A stretch of DNA of 64,000 bases from Candidatus Thorarchaeota archaeon (GCA_048882045.1 JBHLRZ010000011.1:1-64000), one strand, 5' to 3'; shown: positions 1-10,213, counted from the first letter of the stretch. Numbers and translations: made by a program. The notes: generated from the sequence alone by a model not told the origin.

Positions 1-1275
1 AAACATGACAACTGGATGTCAAACACCCTGAATCTCATAGCTAGTGAGAACGTGAGTTCTCCCGCTGTCAGATCAGCTATTGTGAGTGACTTCAGAGACC
101 GTTACGCAGAAGGCTGGCCTGGCGAGCGCGTTTATGCAGGGTGTAAGTACATAGACCAGGTGGAGCTCATCGCTATTGATCTGGCAAAGAAACTATACAA
201 CGCTGAGTTTGTTGATGTTAGGCCAATTTCTGGTGTTGTGGCAAATCTAGCCATGTACACTGCAGCAATGGAGCCGGGGGACAGGATGATGGCCCTCTCT
301 ATTGCTCATGGAGGACATATATCGCATGCCCGAGCAAACCTTGGTGGTACTGCTGGTGCAATCAGGGGACACAAGGTTCGTAACTGGGTGTTCGATGACA
401 AGGAGTTCAATATTGATGTGGATGCGAGTATCGACCTCATCAGAAAACTCCAAGAGAAAGGCGACGAAATCAAGTTCCTACTCTTTGGAGGAAGTGTTTT
501 TCCATTCCCGCATCCGGTAAAGGAGTTCCGTGAGATTGCTGATGAATATGGTATGACCATTGGATACGATTCCGCTCATGTCACTGGTCTGATTGGAGCT
601 GGGCTGTTCCAAGACCCACTGCGAGAGGGCGCTGATATGATGACGCTGTCAACCCACAAGACACTCCCTGGACCACAACACGGATGTGTCATAGCCAAAA
701 AGGAGTTTGCAGAGGCAATCAAACGGGCATCATTCCCAGGCCTGTTGAGTAATCACCACCTTCACAACGTTGCAGGTCTTGCTGTGGCATTTGCAGAGAT
801 GATCGAGTTTGGTGAGCCTTACATGAAGCAGATCCTAAAGAATGCAAAAGCCTTGGCGCAGGCATTGCATGAGAGAGGTTGGCACGTAATAGCAGAACAC
901 AAAGGCTTCACTGAATCTCATGTCATCCTCGTTGACATCACTGAAACTCCTCTGAAGGATGGAGCCACTGTTGAAGAAGAGCTCGAAGATGCCAACATTA
1001 TTCTAAACCGAAACCTACTCCCATGGGACAAGAAGCGAGGCAGGGATTACAAAGCTCCTGGAGGAATCAGGCTCGGTACAAGCGAACTGACCAGACTTGG
1101 TATGAAGGAATCAGAAATGGATGCCGTTGCTGAATTCATGCATCGCCTAGTAATGAAAGGTGAGAAGAAGGAGAAGATTGCTGCAGAAGTGTCTGAATTC
1201 CGTAGGGACTACCAGAAGGTCCACTACGCTTTCGACACAGAAACAGATGCCTACGCTCATTTACGGTTCATGTAG
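1..1275 (+). CDS. glyA: Serine hydroxymethyltransferase (5' end lies outside window)
   Basis: LNLIASEN, YAEGWPGERVYAGC, PLP-lysine motif STHKTLPGP; frame open from base 1. Confidence 0.97.
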   Translation, partial: KHDNWMSNTLNLIASENVSSPAVRSAIVSDFRDRYAEGWPGERVYAGCKYIDQVELIAIDLAKKLYNAEFVDVRPISGVVANLAMYTAAMEPGDRMMALSIAHGGHISHARANLGGTAGAIRGHKVRNWVFDDKEFNIDVDASIDLIRKLQEKGDEIKFLLFGGSVFPFPHPVKEFREIADEYGMTIGYDSAHVTGLIGAGLFQDPLREGADMMTLSTHKTLPGPQHGCVIAKKEFAEAIKRASFPGLLSNHHLHNVAGLAVAFAEMIEFGEPYMKQILKNAKALAQALHERGWHVIAEHKGFTESHVILVDITETPLKDGATVEEELEDANIILNRNLLPWDKKRGRDYKAPGGIRLGTSELTRLGMKESEMDAVAEFMHRLVMKGEKKEKIAAEVSEFRRDYQKVHYAFDTETDAYAHLRFM

Positions 1276-1280
1276 AAACA

Positions 1281-1604
1281 GTGACAGATACATACCTTGG
1301 AGGCATCCTTGTGGATATCGAAGAAGCTCAAGAGATGATGCGCAGGATCTACCTAAAGAGGGACAAAGCACGTGGCGTGATGGGAACTTTGATGAGGACC
1401 CTCGATGAGTTAGAGGAGCTTCGAGAGGCCATCCAGAAAGATGACTCTGTATCAATCTCAGATGAGATGGCAGATGTGCTTGCCTGGCTCTGCTCTCTGG
1501 CAAATCTGCTGGAAATTGATCTCTCTGAGGCTTTATACAAGAAGTACAGAGATGTCTGTTCGAAATGTAAGAAATCGCCTTGTGAGTGTCCAGCTGACCA
1601 TTAG
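1281..1604 (+). CDS. MazG-family nucleotide pyrophosphohydrolase
   Basis: ELEELREAI...DEMADVLAWLCSLAN MazG motif, C-terminal CxxCxxxPCxC. Confidence 0.85.
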   Translation: MTDTYLGGILVDIEEAQEMMRRIYLKRDKARGVMGTLMRTLDELEELREAIQKDDSVSISDEMADVLAWLCSLANLLEIDLSEALYKKYRDVCSKCKKSPCECPADH

Positions 1605-1658
1605 AAGAGTTAATAAACCGAACACAGTGAGGAAGCCTACCTTAAGCTAAGGTGATTC

Positions 1659-1859
1659 ATGATGCCTAAGACTGCGAAGAAAAGACGAAAGAAACGTGGG
1701 GAAGGGCCCATGCCTTCAGGAGGCGCAGGATTAATTCGCTTCTTCGAAGACGAGACTCCAGGCATCAAGGTAGGGCCTACGCTGGTCGTCATACTAGCTG
1801 CGATTTTACTCATTGTCACAGTGGCTGCACACATCATGTCGCTTGCATCAGCCTCTTGA
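1659..1859 (+). CDS. secG: Preprotein translocase subunit Sec61beta
   Basis: Basic N-terminus, GAGLIRFFEDETPGIKVGP, single C-terminal TM helix. Confidence 0.92.
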   Translation: MMPKTAKKRRKKRGEGPMPSGGAGLIRFFEDETPGIKVGPTLVVILAAILLIVTVAAHIMSLASAS

Positions 1860-1932
1860 GATAGTGAACATGCCCTAAGTATTATAAAGAAACCAGGACC
1901 GGATGGCTCTGGTCAGGACTGGTGACTGCCAA

Positions 1933-2214
1933 ATGAAAGTAAAGAGCGAACTGAACAAATACTGCCCCAGATGCCGCAAATACACAGAACATGGGGTTTC
2001 CATTGGAAAGGCCGGAAAGAGAAGAAGTATGGCAGAGGGAGAGCGTAGAATGGACCGGAAGAAAAAAGGCTACGGTTCATTTCCAAAAGCAATCCAGAAG
2101 AGGTTCGCTAAGACAACAAAGAAGACTGTACTGAAGCTAAAGTGTAAAGAATGCGACCACATCATCCAGTCCAAGAGCATTCGAATGAAGAAGGTTGAGG
2201 TACAGAAAGTATAG
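1933..2214 (+). CDS. rpl44e: Ribosomal protein L44e (eL42)
   Basis: YCPRCRKYTEH, KKGYGS, KTTKK..LKLKCKEC; start moved to ATG 1933 after GGTGA. Confidence 0.95.
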   Translation: MKVKSELNKYCPRCRKYTEHGVSIGKAGKRRSMAEGERRMDRKKKGYGSFPKAIQKRFAKTTKKTVLKLKCKECDHIIQSKSIRMKKVEVQKV

Positions 2215-2424
2215 GTGATTCAGATGCCGAAGGGTGATATCGTTCAACAACCAAAATCACGGTTCCTAAAGGTGAAGTGTTTGGACTGTGAGAATGAGCA
2301 GATAATATTCGGACATGCAACCACAGTAGTGAAATGTCTGAAGTGCGAGAAGGTATTAGCGAAACCCAGCGGCGGGAAGGCAAAACTTGAGCCCATCGCT
2401 AGGGAAATCGAAGTCCTTCCATAG
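2215..2424 (+). CDS. rps27e: Ribosomal protein S27e
   Basis: [13 protein letters not shown]...VKCLKC...PSGGKA. Confidence 0.96.
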   Translation: MIQMPKGDIVQQPKSRFLKVKCLDCENEQIIFGHATTVVKCLKCEKVLAKPSGGKAKLEPIAREIEVLP

Positions 2425-2437
2425 GAAGTAAGGAAAA

Positions 2438-3232
2438 ATGGTCCTGAAACGTGCTGAATGGCCAATTCCAGACGAGTATGCTATTGCAGTCGCAACCAAA
2501 GTTGCCAACTACGGAGCATACGTGATTTTGCCAGAGTATGGAGATAAAGAGGGTTTCATCCATATCTCAGAGATAAGCAGCACATGGGTCAGGAACATCC
2601 GGAATCATATTCAAGAGAATCAGCGGGTAGTTGTGAGGGTCCTAAAGGTCGACACGGACAAGATGCACATAGACTGCTCCTTACGGAGAGTTTCTACTGA
2701 AGCAAAGAGGACTAAGAACAACGAATGGAAACGTGCCCAAAAGGCTGAGAAGCTTCTCGAACTCATTGCAAAAGAGAATGATATGACCCTCGAAGAAGTC
2801 TATGATAAGATAGGCTGGCCGATAGAGGACGTCTTCGGAGAGATCTACAAGGGGCTTGAACGAGCATCTGATGGTGGTGTTGAGGTGTTCGATGATGTAG
2901 TTGCAACGAAGAAGCTCCGAAAACAGGTAGCAGACTTGGCCAAACAGAGAATCGAGATACCTTCGGTAGAGATTGATGGTGAAATGACAATCATCGTCCC
3001 TGGTCCTGATGGCGTTGAAGTGATCAAGAAGGCGCTTTCAAAGGGACTTAATGAAGGAAAGAAGCACGACAAATCAAGCACAGAGATCTACACTCTTGGG
3101 TCGCCGAGGTACAAGCTTAGAATAGTGAGTCCGGACTACCAAGAAGCAGAAGAGATCCTCTCAGAGATCTTAGGTCTTATTACAAAGACAGTTGAGAGTG
3201 GCTCTGGAAGCATTAATTTTGTAAGAAAGTAG
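2438..3232 (+). CDS. eif2a: Translation initiation factor 2 alpha subunit
   Basis: S1 domain with EGFIHISEIS, IDCSLRRV, GSPRY; conserved L44e-S27e-aIF2a-Nop10 order. Confidence 0.96.
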   Translation: MVLKRAEWPIPDEYAIAVATKVANYGAYVILPEYGDKEGFIHISEISSTWVRNIRNHIQENQRVVVRVLKVDTDKMHIDCSLRRVSTEAKRTKNNEWKRAQKAEKLLELIAKENDMTLEEVYDKIGWPIEDVFGEIYKGLERASDGGVEVFDDVVATKKLRKQVADLAKQRIEIPSVEIDGEMTIIVPGPDGVEVIKKALSKGLNEGKKHDKSSTEIYTLGSPRYKLRIVSPDYQEAEEILSEILGLITKTVESGSGSINFVRK

Positions 3233-3241
3233 GGGTGTGAA

Positions 3242-3418
3242 ATGACTCACCTCTATAAATGCAATAAATGTGGTGAATACACCCTCAATCAAAAGCAATG
3301 TCCAAAGTGTGGGGGTACTGTATCTAGTCCTAAACCTCCGAAGTACAGCCCTCAGGACAAGTTTGGAGAATATCGCCGAAAGGCAAAACGTAAAGCTAGG
3401 GGCTTATCTGAAGAATAG
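3242..3418 (+). CDS. nop10: H/ACA RNP protein Nop10 (58 aa, absent from ORF track)
   Basis: Hand translation MTHLYKCNKCGEYTLNQKQCPKCGG...PPKYSPQDKFGEYRRKAK; expected position after aIF2a. Confidence 0.95.
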   Translation: MTHLYKCNKCGEYTLNQKQCPKCGGTVSSPKPPKYSPQDKFGEYRRKAKRKARGLSEE

Positions 3419-3445
3419 ATAAGGTTCTTCTCAGAAAAGAGAGCT

Positions 3446-3472
3446 TGGCGATTGATTGGGAATCAACCGCCA
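3446..3472 (-). terminator. Hairpin terminator downstream of STT3
   Basis: Minus strand TGGCGGTTGATT-CCC-AATCAATCGCCA followed by a pyrimidine tract, between convergent genes. Confidence 0.6.
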
Positions 3473-3484
3473 GTCTGTTTGTAT

Positions 3485-6211
3485 CTAATATAGCTCTATT
3501 GGGACCCAGAAGGAATTCCAATCCACTGTGAAAGAGGGTTCACCATAATGCACATTGTTCCACCAGAGGAGTTTGATCTGATAGTTCATCCCTTGGAACA
3601 TTGAAAGATCCTGTGGGTCGCCACCGTTCAGAGGGACAACGAACTCGATGATACCATCTCCAGAGGCAAACTCTGAAGAGTTGGTTCCTGTGGAGTCCTC
3701 AGCCCATGTGCCATCGTAACGGATGTGACCATCAAAGTCTTGACCGTTGTAGTTTACGATTCGAAGGTCCGAGTCTCCAGGAGAACCAAGTGGTGAAATC
3801 TGGATACCGAAGGCGTCATCACCCAAGGTGTAGTTGTCCATCTCAATTCCATAGTAGATATGGGTGGAGTTGGATTCTGTAAAGAGCCTCGCCTTGTAAC
3901 CACCGCCAAATGATACAGGATAGCTAGCAAAGCCTTGTTCGGAAGCATCGATACTACCATCGAGTGACATTTCAATATTATTCTCCTCGAGCTGTGGTTT
4001 CCAGTCAGCCTGGGTCTTGTTCAACCACTGATAGTACATCGTGTAGTCAATCTCATAGATTTTGACTGTTCCATAGGCTGCAGAAATGTAAGGTTCTTCG
4101 AAAGCACCATGTAGATTAATAGGCATGTGTTGAATCCAATCTGTGTCTTGCCATAGGTACTGGTCTAGAGCTATTCTATCTTGTGAAAGCTGGAACGCAC
4201 CTGCTTCTTCTGAATCTCGTGGTTCTCCATATGATAGGAGCTTGTACATTGTAGAGTCATAGAAAGCAGGAAGAGTGTTATCACTAGATCCGAGGTAGGT
4301 CGCATCGTCTATGACATTACTGCCCAATCTATCCTCTGCAATTCGAACCATCCATGGCCATTTGCCCTCATCACCGCCGAATCCTGAATACCTGTGACCA
4401 AAGTAGACGAGTACATGGGTCGTGTTCCATAACTTGAACGTCTTCAGAGAGTCCGTGAGATTGAGTGACATCAGCGCATAGCCCATTAACGCTATTTGCG
4501 TTGAGTTGAACGTCGCATTATCCACTATCGTTTTCGCATCTGATGCGCTGTTTATCCAATAACCATAGTCCCACCAGCTGGCTATGATTGCATCAGAGGG
4601 CAGGTTATTTCGAATATAGGTCATTGCAGTCTGCCAATCAGTGGCTTGACTTGTTGATGAGATGGCAGCCTGGGCAAACTCTGGATTACCAACTTGGAAA
4701 GATACATACTGGACTCCTAGAATGATGTTTACTGACAGCAATAGTCCAACAAATGCAAATGCAGCGAGTGCATGTTCAGAAGTCAGAGATGTGCTCATTC
4801 TGAACCTTCTCCTCTCAAATACTGACTTCTGTGTGACGACTTTTGCATATGGTGAGAGGATGTTGTAAGATGCAATTGCAGCGAGAATTGATACTCCAGG
4901 AGCAAGAATCAATGTCAGACGAATCATGCTTCCTGCGAAGTAGACCGAAGTGAGGCCGTAAAGGAGGATGAACCAATCTTCATCTCGGCCGCGCCTGAAT
5001 GCAAAGTACATTCCAAGCGGGAAGAAGATAATCAATACTAATAGGGTGTTGTAGAAACTTCCCCATGGACTGGGTAAGTGCTCAGCAACCGATGCGAGGA
5101 TTCGTTGATCAAGACGCGTGAAGGGATTGATCACTGTGAGGAACTTTGCACCAAGTCGTACTATTGGATTGGAGGCATATGGAGTGATTTCAAGGTCTGA
5201 ACCTCCGGTATACAGCATATATGCAGTCACACCTACAATTGGTGCAATCAGTCCGACAATGATCGGTTTCATGTATGGAGCCAGTTTATTGGCTGTTGTT
5301 TCACGATATCCTCCAATTCTGAGCCATATCTCATAGAGGACCATGATTCCGACAACACCGATCGGAGCAAGAACTGCAAAATCAGTGAGATTTCCGAACC
5401 CATTTCTAGGAGCCAAGTCTCCGATGAAGATTCCTAGTGAAATTGTAATCATATAGGTTGAAAGGAGCCTCCTGCTATATCGTCCCATGACTAACATCAG
5501 GAAACCGTACAAAGCAAAAAGTCCAAGCATGAAGTCAGAAGCACCCCAAGACACGAGAAGAAAACCGAGTGAAACACCTGCTGCAGTGCCTGAAAGCACA
5601 GAACCTCGCTTGAGGCTTCGGATGAAGAAGTATGATGTCAGGACAATTGCAAAGACACCAATACATTCGTTGTCATAGAAACCCGCTATTGTTCGTGTAA
5701 GGAATGCAGGAATGAACGCCATGAATAGACCGCTGAACAGACCAACCGTGTTGTTTGAAATCTCTCTTCCAAGAAAGAATGCAACAATTGTAGTCAGCGC
5801 ACCCATAAAGGCTGGGAGAACAAGGGAAACTGCAAGAACTGACACTTTGATTCCAAGCCCATTGAGTAAGAAATAGAAAAAGGCACTTGTGAATGGTACA
5901 CCAACGTAGCTGGTTGTAGTCATATCGCGGCCCCATGGAACCCAGGTAGCGTCATCATACCAAGTGAAGAAAGCAGAGTATCCGTTATCAGCAACATATT
6001 CGGTAACTCTGAGTTGGAACCACGGGTCGAAAGCACGAACTATTGGTTGAGTGTCTATCAATGGTTCCAATCGAAGTAATAGAGCTGTTATGAATATGAA
6101 GAGGAGAGCTATGAAGAGCATTATGGAACCACGAGAAATCTTTGCTTTGGGCCTGTGGAATATCTGGCGTAGGAATCTTCCAGAGGACCTTTTGAACTTG
6201 CCAAATGACAT
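3485..6211 (-). CDS. aglB: Oligosaccharyltransferase catalytic subunit STT3/AglB, eukaryote-like, with C-terminal extension
   Basis: RAFDPWF, AGFYDNE, ASVAEH, WWDYG, DNAT, KWPWMVRIA motifs; multi-TM N-terminal half. Confidence 0.97.
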   Translation of the reverse strand: MSFGKFKRSSGRFLRQIFHRPKAKISRGSIMLFIALLFIFITALLLRLEPLIDTQPIVRAFDPWFQLRVTEYVADNGYSAFFTWYDDATWVPWGRDMTTTSYVGVPFTSAFFYFLLNGLGIKVSVLAVSLVLPAFMGALTTIVAFFLGREISNNTVGLFSGLFMAFIPAFLTRTIAGFYDNECIGVFAIVLTSYFFIRSLKRGSVLSGTAAGVSLGFLLVSWGASDFMLGLFALYGFLMLVMGRYSRRLLSTYMITISLGIFIGDLAPRNGFGNLTDFAVLAPIGVVGIMVLYEIWLRIGGYRETTANKLAPYMKPIIVGLIAPIVGVTAYMLYTGGSDLEITPYASNPIVRLGAKFLTVINPFTRLDQRILASVAEHLPSPWGSFYNTLLVLIIFFPLGMYFAFRRGRDEDWFILLYGLTSVYFAGSMIRLTLILAPGVSILAAIASYNILSPYAKVVTQKSVFERRRFRMSTSLTSEHALAAFAFVGLLLSVNIILGVQYVSFQVGNPEFAQAAISSTSQATDWQTAMTYIRNNLPSDAIIASWWDYGYWINSASDAKTIVDNATFNSTQIALMGYALMSLNLTDSLKTFKLWNTTHVLVYFGHRYSGFGGDEGKWPWMVRIAEDRLGSNVIDDATYLGSSDNTLPAFYDSTMYKLLSYGEPRDSEEAGAFQLSQDRIALDQYLWQDTDWIQHMPINLHGAFEEPYISAAYGTVKIYEIDYTMYYQWLNKTQADWKPQLEENNIEMSLDGSIDASEQGFASYPVSFGGGYKARLFTESNSTHIYYGIEMDNYTLGDDAFGIQISPLGSPGDSDLRIVNYNGQDFDGHIRYDGTWAEDSTGTNSSEFASGDGIIEFVVPLNGGDPQDLSMFQGMNYQIKLLWWNNVHYGEPSFTVDWNSFWVPIELY

Positions 6212-6373
6212 TTAGGGTGCAGTCTCCGTGCTGTTTCGAACTAACGGCAGCGATTTTGTGTTGTGCTAAAAAGGTTGCTGTTAATAGAAAACTCGTCCTA
6301 CGCTATAAAACGCATCTAAAGAGGAAAATTTGAACGCAGCAAGGAGGATAATCCCTACTCGACATTCTTACGA

Positions 6374-6769
6374 TTAGATAGATGCGATGTACTTTTCGTA
6401 TCCCTTGGCATCCATGAGCTCTGCGAGATCTGCATCAAGATTGGAGGGTTTGATTTTGAACATCCACCCTTTGCCATAGGGATCCTCATTCACAATCTCA
6501 GGAGCGTCTTCAAGTTCTCCGTTCACCTCGATAATCTCCCCTGCTACAGGTGTGAAGATGTCCGAACTTGCCTTCATGGACTCCACAAGTCCACATTCCC
6601 CGTTAGCCTCGAGCACAGTACCAACTTCAGATATTTCCACGAATGTGATCTCGTGAAGAGAGTTCTGAGCATAGTCAGTAATACCTACGATGGCTATATC
6701 TCCCTCTACCTTAATCCATTCATGGTCCTTGCTGTATCTCAGTCCTGCCTTGATTTCGGTTTCGCTCAT
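6374..6769 (-). CDS. gcvH: Glycine cleavage system H protein
   Basis: YSKDHEW, GITDYAQ, lipoyl-lysine VESMKA, NEDPYGKGW. Confidence 0.97.
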   Translation of the reverse strand: MSETEIKAGLRYSKDHEWIKVEGDIAIVGITDYAQNSLHEITFVEISEVGTVLEANGECGLVESMKASSDIFTPVAGEIIEVNGELEDAPEIVNEDPYGKGWMFKIKPSNLDADLAELMDAKGYEKYIASI

Positions 6770-6810
6770 TTCAGGTCCACCACGTTTGCGATGGGTGTGA
6801 CCCGTTTAAA

Positions 6811-7968
6811 TCAGTTTGGATGCCCGGTTCTGGAGGCACCATAGAGGTCTGGGTCATAGAAAGGCCACTTTGTCACCTCAGCCTTTCTCATTCTGCCTTT
6901 AATATCAACCTCAACAATGTCGCCGATGACTACAGTGTTTGGTGTCACATAACCCAGTGCTATCCCCTTGTTCATTGTTGGTGCCAGCCCACCACTGGTT
7001 ACTTCACCAATTTGCTCTCCATTCTGAAGAATGGGATAATGTTCTCTTGGAATTCCACGATCAATCATAGTCAGACCAATGCGTATCTTTCGAATGCCTC
7101 CCTCCTTCTTGTGGTTATTTACGACATCATATCCAATATAATGCGGTTCTACCTTGAATTTTACAGCATAAGGGATCGCAGCTTCGATCGGAGACGTTTC
7201 TTCGTTAAGCTCATGACCATACAGCACAAATCCAGCTTCAAGACGGCAAGAGTCCCTAGCGCCCAGTCCACAGGGCTTGATGTCAAACTCCTTACCTTGG
7301 CTGAGTAGCTCTTCCCAGAATGTTATTGCTTTCTTCTTCCCAGCATCATCGAAGGGTGTATCAAGAAGAAGTATCTCAACACCATCTTCCCCGGTGTACC
7401 CAGTCCGACAGAGATAGCAGTCATATCCAGCAAGCTCTACTCGATATGATGAGAAACGTGGGTACTCGCTTACATCCCTTCCAGCCATCTTGTTCATGAG
7501 TCTGAGAGCATTGGGACCTTGAACTGCAATCATAGTGATTTCTCGGGATTTGTCAGTCACTTCGACTTCGAACATACCAGCATGTTTCAAAAGATGAGCC
7601 TTGATCTTTGGTCCATTTGCAGCATTTGTGATCCATATGTATTCCTCCTCACTTACTCTGTAGAGAGTCAGGTCATCATGGATTCCACCCTTTTCATTCA
7701 GACAGGTTGTGTAATGTCCCCCGTTCACCTCAAGTTTGTTTACGTTGTTGGTTGTCAAAGTCTGAAGAAACTCAGCAGCTTGTGGACCCTTGATTATGAA
7801 CCTCGCCATGTGAGAAGTATCAAACATGCCCACAGAGTTCCTAACAGCCATGTGTTCCTCTCTGATGTCAGTATATCGAACTGGCATCTCCCATCCTGCA
7901 AAGGGGACTACATCACCGTGCTTAACGTGCCAGTCATAGAGATGTGTGCGCTCAAGTACGTCATTCAT
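6811..7968 (-). CDS. gcvT: Glycine cleavage system aminomethyltransferase T
   Basis: FAGWEMPVRY, FDTSHM, RTGYTGEDG, GLGARDSCRLEAG. Confidence 0.97.
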   Translation of the reverse strand: MNDVLERTHLYDWHVKHGDVVPFAGWEMPVRYTDIREEHMAVRNSVGMFDTSHMARFIIKGPQAAEFLQTLTTNNVNKLEVNGGHYTTCLNEKGGIHDDLTLYRVSEEEYIWITNAANGPKIKAHLLKHAGMFEVEVTDKSREITMIAVQGPNALRLMNKMAGRDVSEYPRFSSYRVELAGYDCYLCRTGYTGEDGVEILLLDTPFDDAGKKKAITFWEELLSQGKEFDIKPCGLGARDSCRLEAGFVLYGHELNEETSPIEAAIPYAVKFKVEPHYIGYDVVNNHKKEGGIRKIRIGLTMIDRGIPREHYPILQNGEQIGEVTSGGLAPTMNKGIALGYVTPNTVVIGDIVEVDIKGRMRKAEVTKWPFYDPDLYGASRTGHPN

Positions 7969-8069
7969 GTGTTTTCACCTATGAAAATGCGTCTGCTGGT
8001 TGAATCGTAGCGGAAGCAGTATCATTTTATTTCCTTCTATGCAGTCACGCAATCGGAGGAATCCTTGTC

Positions 8070-8882
8070 ATGGTAAATGTAGGAGGTCTCTTAGTCGGAC
8101 CAGAACATCCAGTTCGAGTTATGGGTGTAATCAATCTCTCTCCAGAGTCTTTCTACAGGGGATCTGTAGCGGAATCTCCTGAGGATTTTGAAAGACAGTA
8201 TAGAAGGGCTGTTTCTGAAGGGGCGGACATCATTGACATAGGTGGCGCATCCACCGCTCCGAGTAGTGTCTACAACACATCTGAGGTTTCCATAGAGGAG
8301 GAAATCAGGAGAGTGTCAGTAGCATTTCAGTCTCTAACTGACATGAAAGTTCCAATATCGATTGATACAACCTCGTCGAGGGTTGCAGAACTTGCCCTCG
8401 ATTACGGCGCATCGATAGTGAACGATGTATCTGGGCTTCAAGCAGACCCCAAGATGGCAAGTCTGGTGGCAGATCGTCAAGCAGTTGTCATACTCATGTC
8501 TAGTTGTAATCCTCCCTGTGGTAGTGTTCAGAAGTCACTCGATTCTCTAAAAGCCAGTCTAATGATTGCTCGAGACAACGGAGTTGACCCGGGGAGGATA
8601 ATCCTAGACCCAGGTATTGGTTTTGGAAAGCCACCTGTTGTGGATTATTCAATACTGAGGAACCTGGACAAGTTTGTCGTGTTTGGATTTCCATTATTAG
8701 TGGGCGTGTCAAGAAAGGCATTCATTGGACACCTGCTGGGTCAATCAAATCCTGAAGATAGACTTGTGGGGTCTATTGCAGCCACATCGATTGCAGTTAT
8801 GAATGGAGCTCACATAATTAGAGCTCATGATGTGAAAGAAGCAATGGTTGCAGCCCGCATAGGTGAAGCAATACGCGCGTAG
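8070..8882 (+). CDS. folP: Dihydropteroate synthase
   Basis: VMGVINLSPESF, DIGGAST, SIDT, NDVSG, DPGIGF, SRKAF, IRAHDV. Confidence 0.93.
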   Translation: MVNVGGLLVGPEHPVRVMGVINLSPESFYRGSVAESPEDFERQYRRAVSEGADIIDIGGASTAPSSVYNTSEVSIEEEIRRVSVAFQSLTDMKVPISIDTTSSRVAELALDYGASIVNDVSGLQADPKMASLVADRQAVVILMSSCNPPCGSVQKSLDSLKASLMIARDNGVDPGRIILDPGIGFGKPPVVDYSILRNLDKFVVFGFPLLVGVSRKAFIGHLLGQSNPEDRLVGSIAATSIAVMNGAHIIRAHDVKEAMVAARIGEAIRA

Positions 8883-8889
8883 GTGACAT

Positions 8890-9621
8890 GTGATGGAGTG
8901 GAGTGAGTGGCAGCCAATCTATCTAGATATTGTTCAGAGATTAGATTTGGACACTTCAAAGGATAGAGAAGCAACAGCACTACTCACCCGAATTCTCGAA
9001 GACACGGATCCTAAGATTCTTTTGGACCAACTAAGAGGGTTAATCGATGGAAAGAGCGTAGTTGTTTGTGGAGCAGGGCCTTCGTTAGAACAGCATGTAA
9101 AGCAATTGAAAGCAGAGAACACCAATGAGAACCATGTAATAGTAGCAGCTGATGGAGCTGTTTCAGTTCTTATAGAACAAGACATTGTGTGTGATGTAGT
9201 AGCAACCGATTTAGATGGAAACCTTGAACACCTGATGGAGATGACGCGTAGAGGTGCAATCCTTATTGTTCATGGACATGGCGACAACATTGAAACTATG
9301 AAGTCAGTTGTTCCTGAACTTGGAGAGGTCCTAGGGAGTACACAGGTTGAACCGACACACAGAACGTTTCTGTGGGGAGGATTCACAGACGGTGATAGAG
9401 CATGTCATGTTGTGAGTGAATACAAACCTAAGAGGATAATTCTTGCTGGAATGGACTTTGGCAGACTCGTAGGACAGTGGTCAAAACCAGGTCATGAAGG
9501 TCATTTTCCAGCCTCTTGGCGAAAAAGGGTCAAGCTGGAGATCGCAGAGGAGCTCATCTCCAGTCTCTTTGAAAGAACCGGAATAGAACATCTCTTCCTT
9601 GATTCTACTGAAAGTGGATGA
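8890..9621 (+). CDS. mptE: 6-hydroxymethyl-7,8-dihydropterin pyrophosphokinase, MptE-like
   Basis: GAGPSL, AADGA, TDLDG, VHGHGDN, GGFTDGDRA, GMDFG; adjacent to folP. Confidence 0.88.
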   Translation: MMEWSEWQPIYLDIVQRLDLDTSKDREATALLTRILEDTDPKILLDQLRGLIDGKSVVVCGAGPSLEQHVKQLKAENTNENHVIVAADGAVSVLIEQDIVCDVVATDLDGNLEHLMEMTRRGAILIVHGHGDNIETMKSVVPELGEVLGSTQVEPTHRTFLWGGFTDGDRACHVVSEYKPKRIILAGMDFGRLVGQWSKPGHEGHFPASWRKRVKLEIAEELISSLFERTGIEHLFLDSTESG

Positions 9622-9644
9622 CTATGTAGGTCTAGAAGGAAGGT

Positions 9645-10067
9645 CTATAGGAAACCAGCCTTCAATGACCATAGATAACTGAATATCAGAAATGAAACAC
9701 CAGCCATGACCATTCCCAGGAATATTAGTCGTGTGGCATAACCTGGTTGGAACACGTACTTTGATCCATAGTATATCAGACCCAATCCACTTACTCCAAC
9801 AAGAATGACAACAGATGCCACAATGCCTTCCATACCCAGTTGTTGATCAATTCCAGGAGCGATGAGAATTGGAGATCCAGATGAACTTCCAGCGATTGCA
9901 GGAGGCGACCTGACAAGTGTGTAGATGTTGCCACCAAGGACAAACAGGATAACAACAAACATGAGCCCAAATATGACTATGTCCGGAGGACGTGTGGGCA
10001 TTCTGAAACTGGGACGACTGAGCCGCACTCGGGGTTTTACAATGATACCTGGCCACCATGGCTTCAC
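9645..10067 (-). CDS. OST3/OST6-family membrane protein, OSTC/DC2-like
   Basis: Three TM helices, GGNIY..V..PP and Q..MEG..AS motifs; no thioredoxin domain; size matches recalled OSTC. Confidence 0.75.
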   Translation of the reverse strand: MKPWWPGIIVKPRVRLSRPSFRMPTRPPDIVIFGLMFVVILFVLGGNIYTLVRSPPAIAGSSSGSPILIAPGIDQQLGMEGIVASVVILVGVSGLGLIYYGSKYVFQPGYATRLIFLGMVMAGVSFLIFSYLWSLKAGFL

Positions 10068-10213
10068 TTGTCTTACCTCGACGGCTCAAGTTTTGTGTCT
10101 GCTTTTAAGACTTACGCGATATGCAAAGATGTACTAGGAAAATTTACGCACATATGCCACAATGGCTATTTGAGGAAGCGGCTTCACACAGTCAAGAGGA
10201 GTGACAGGATTTC

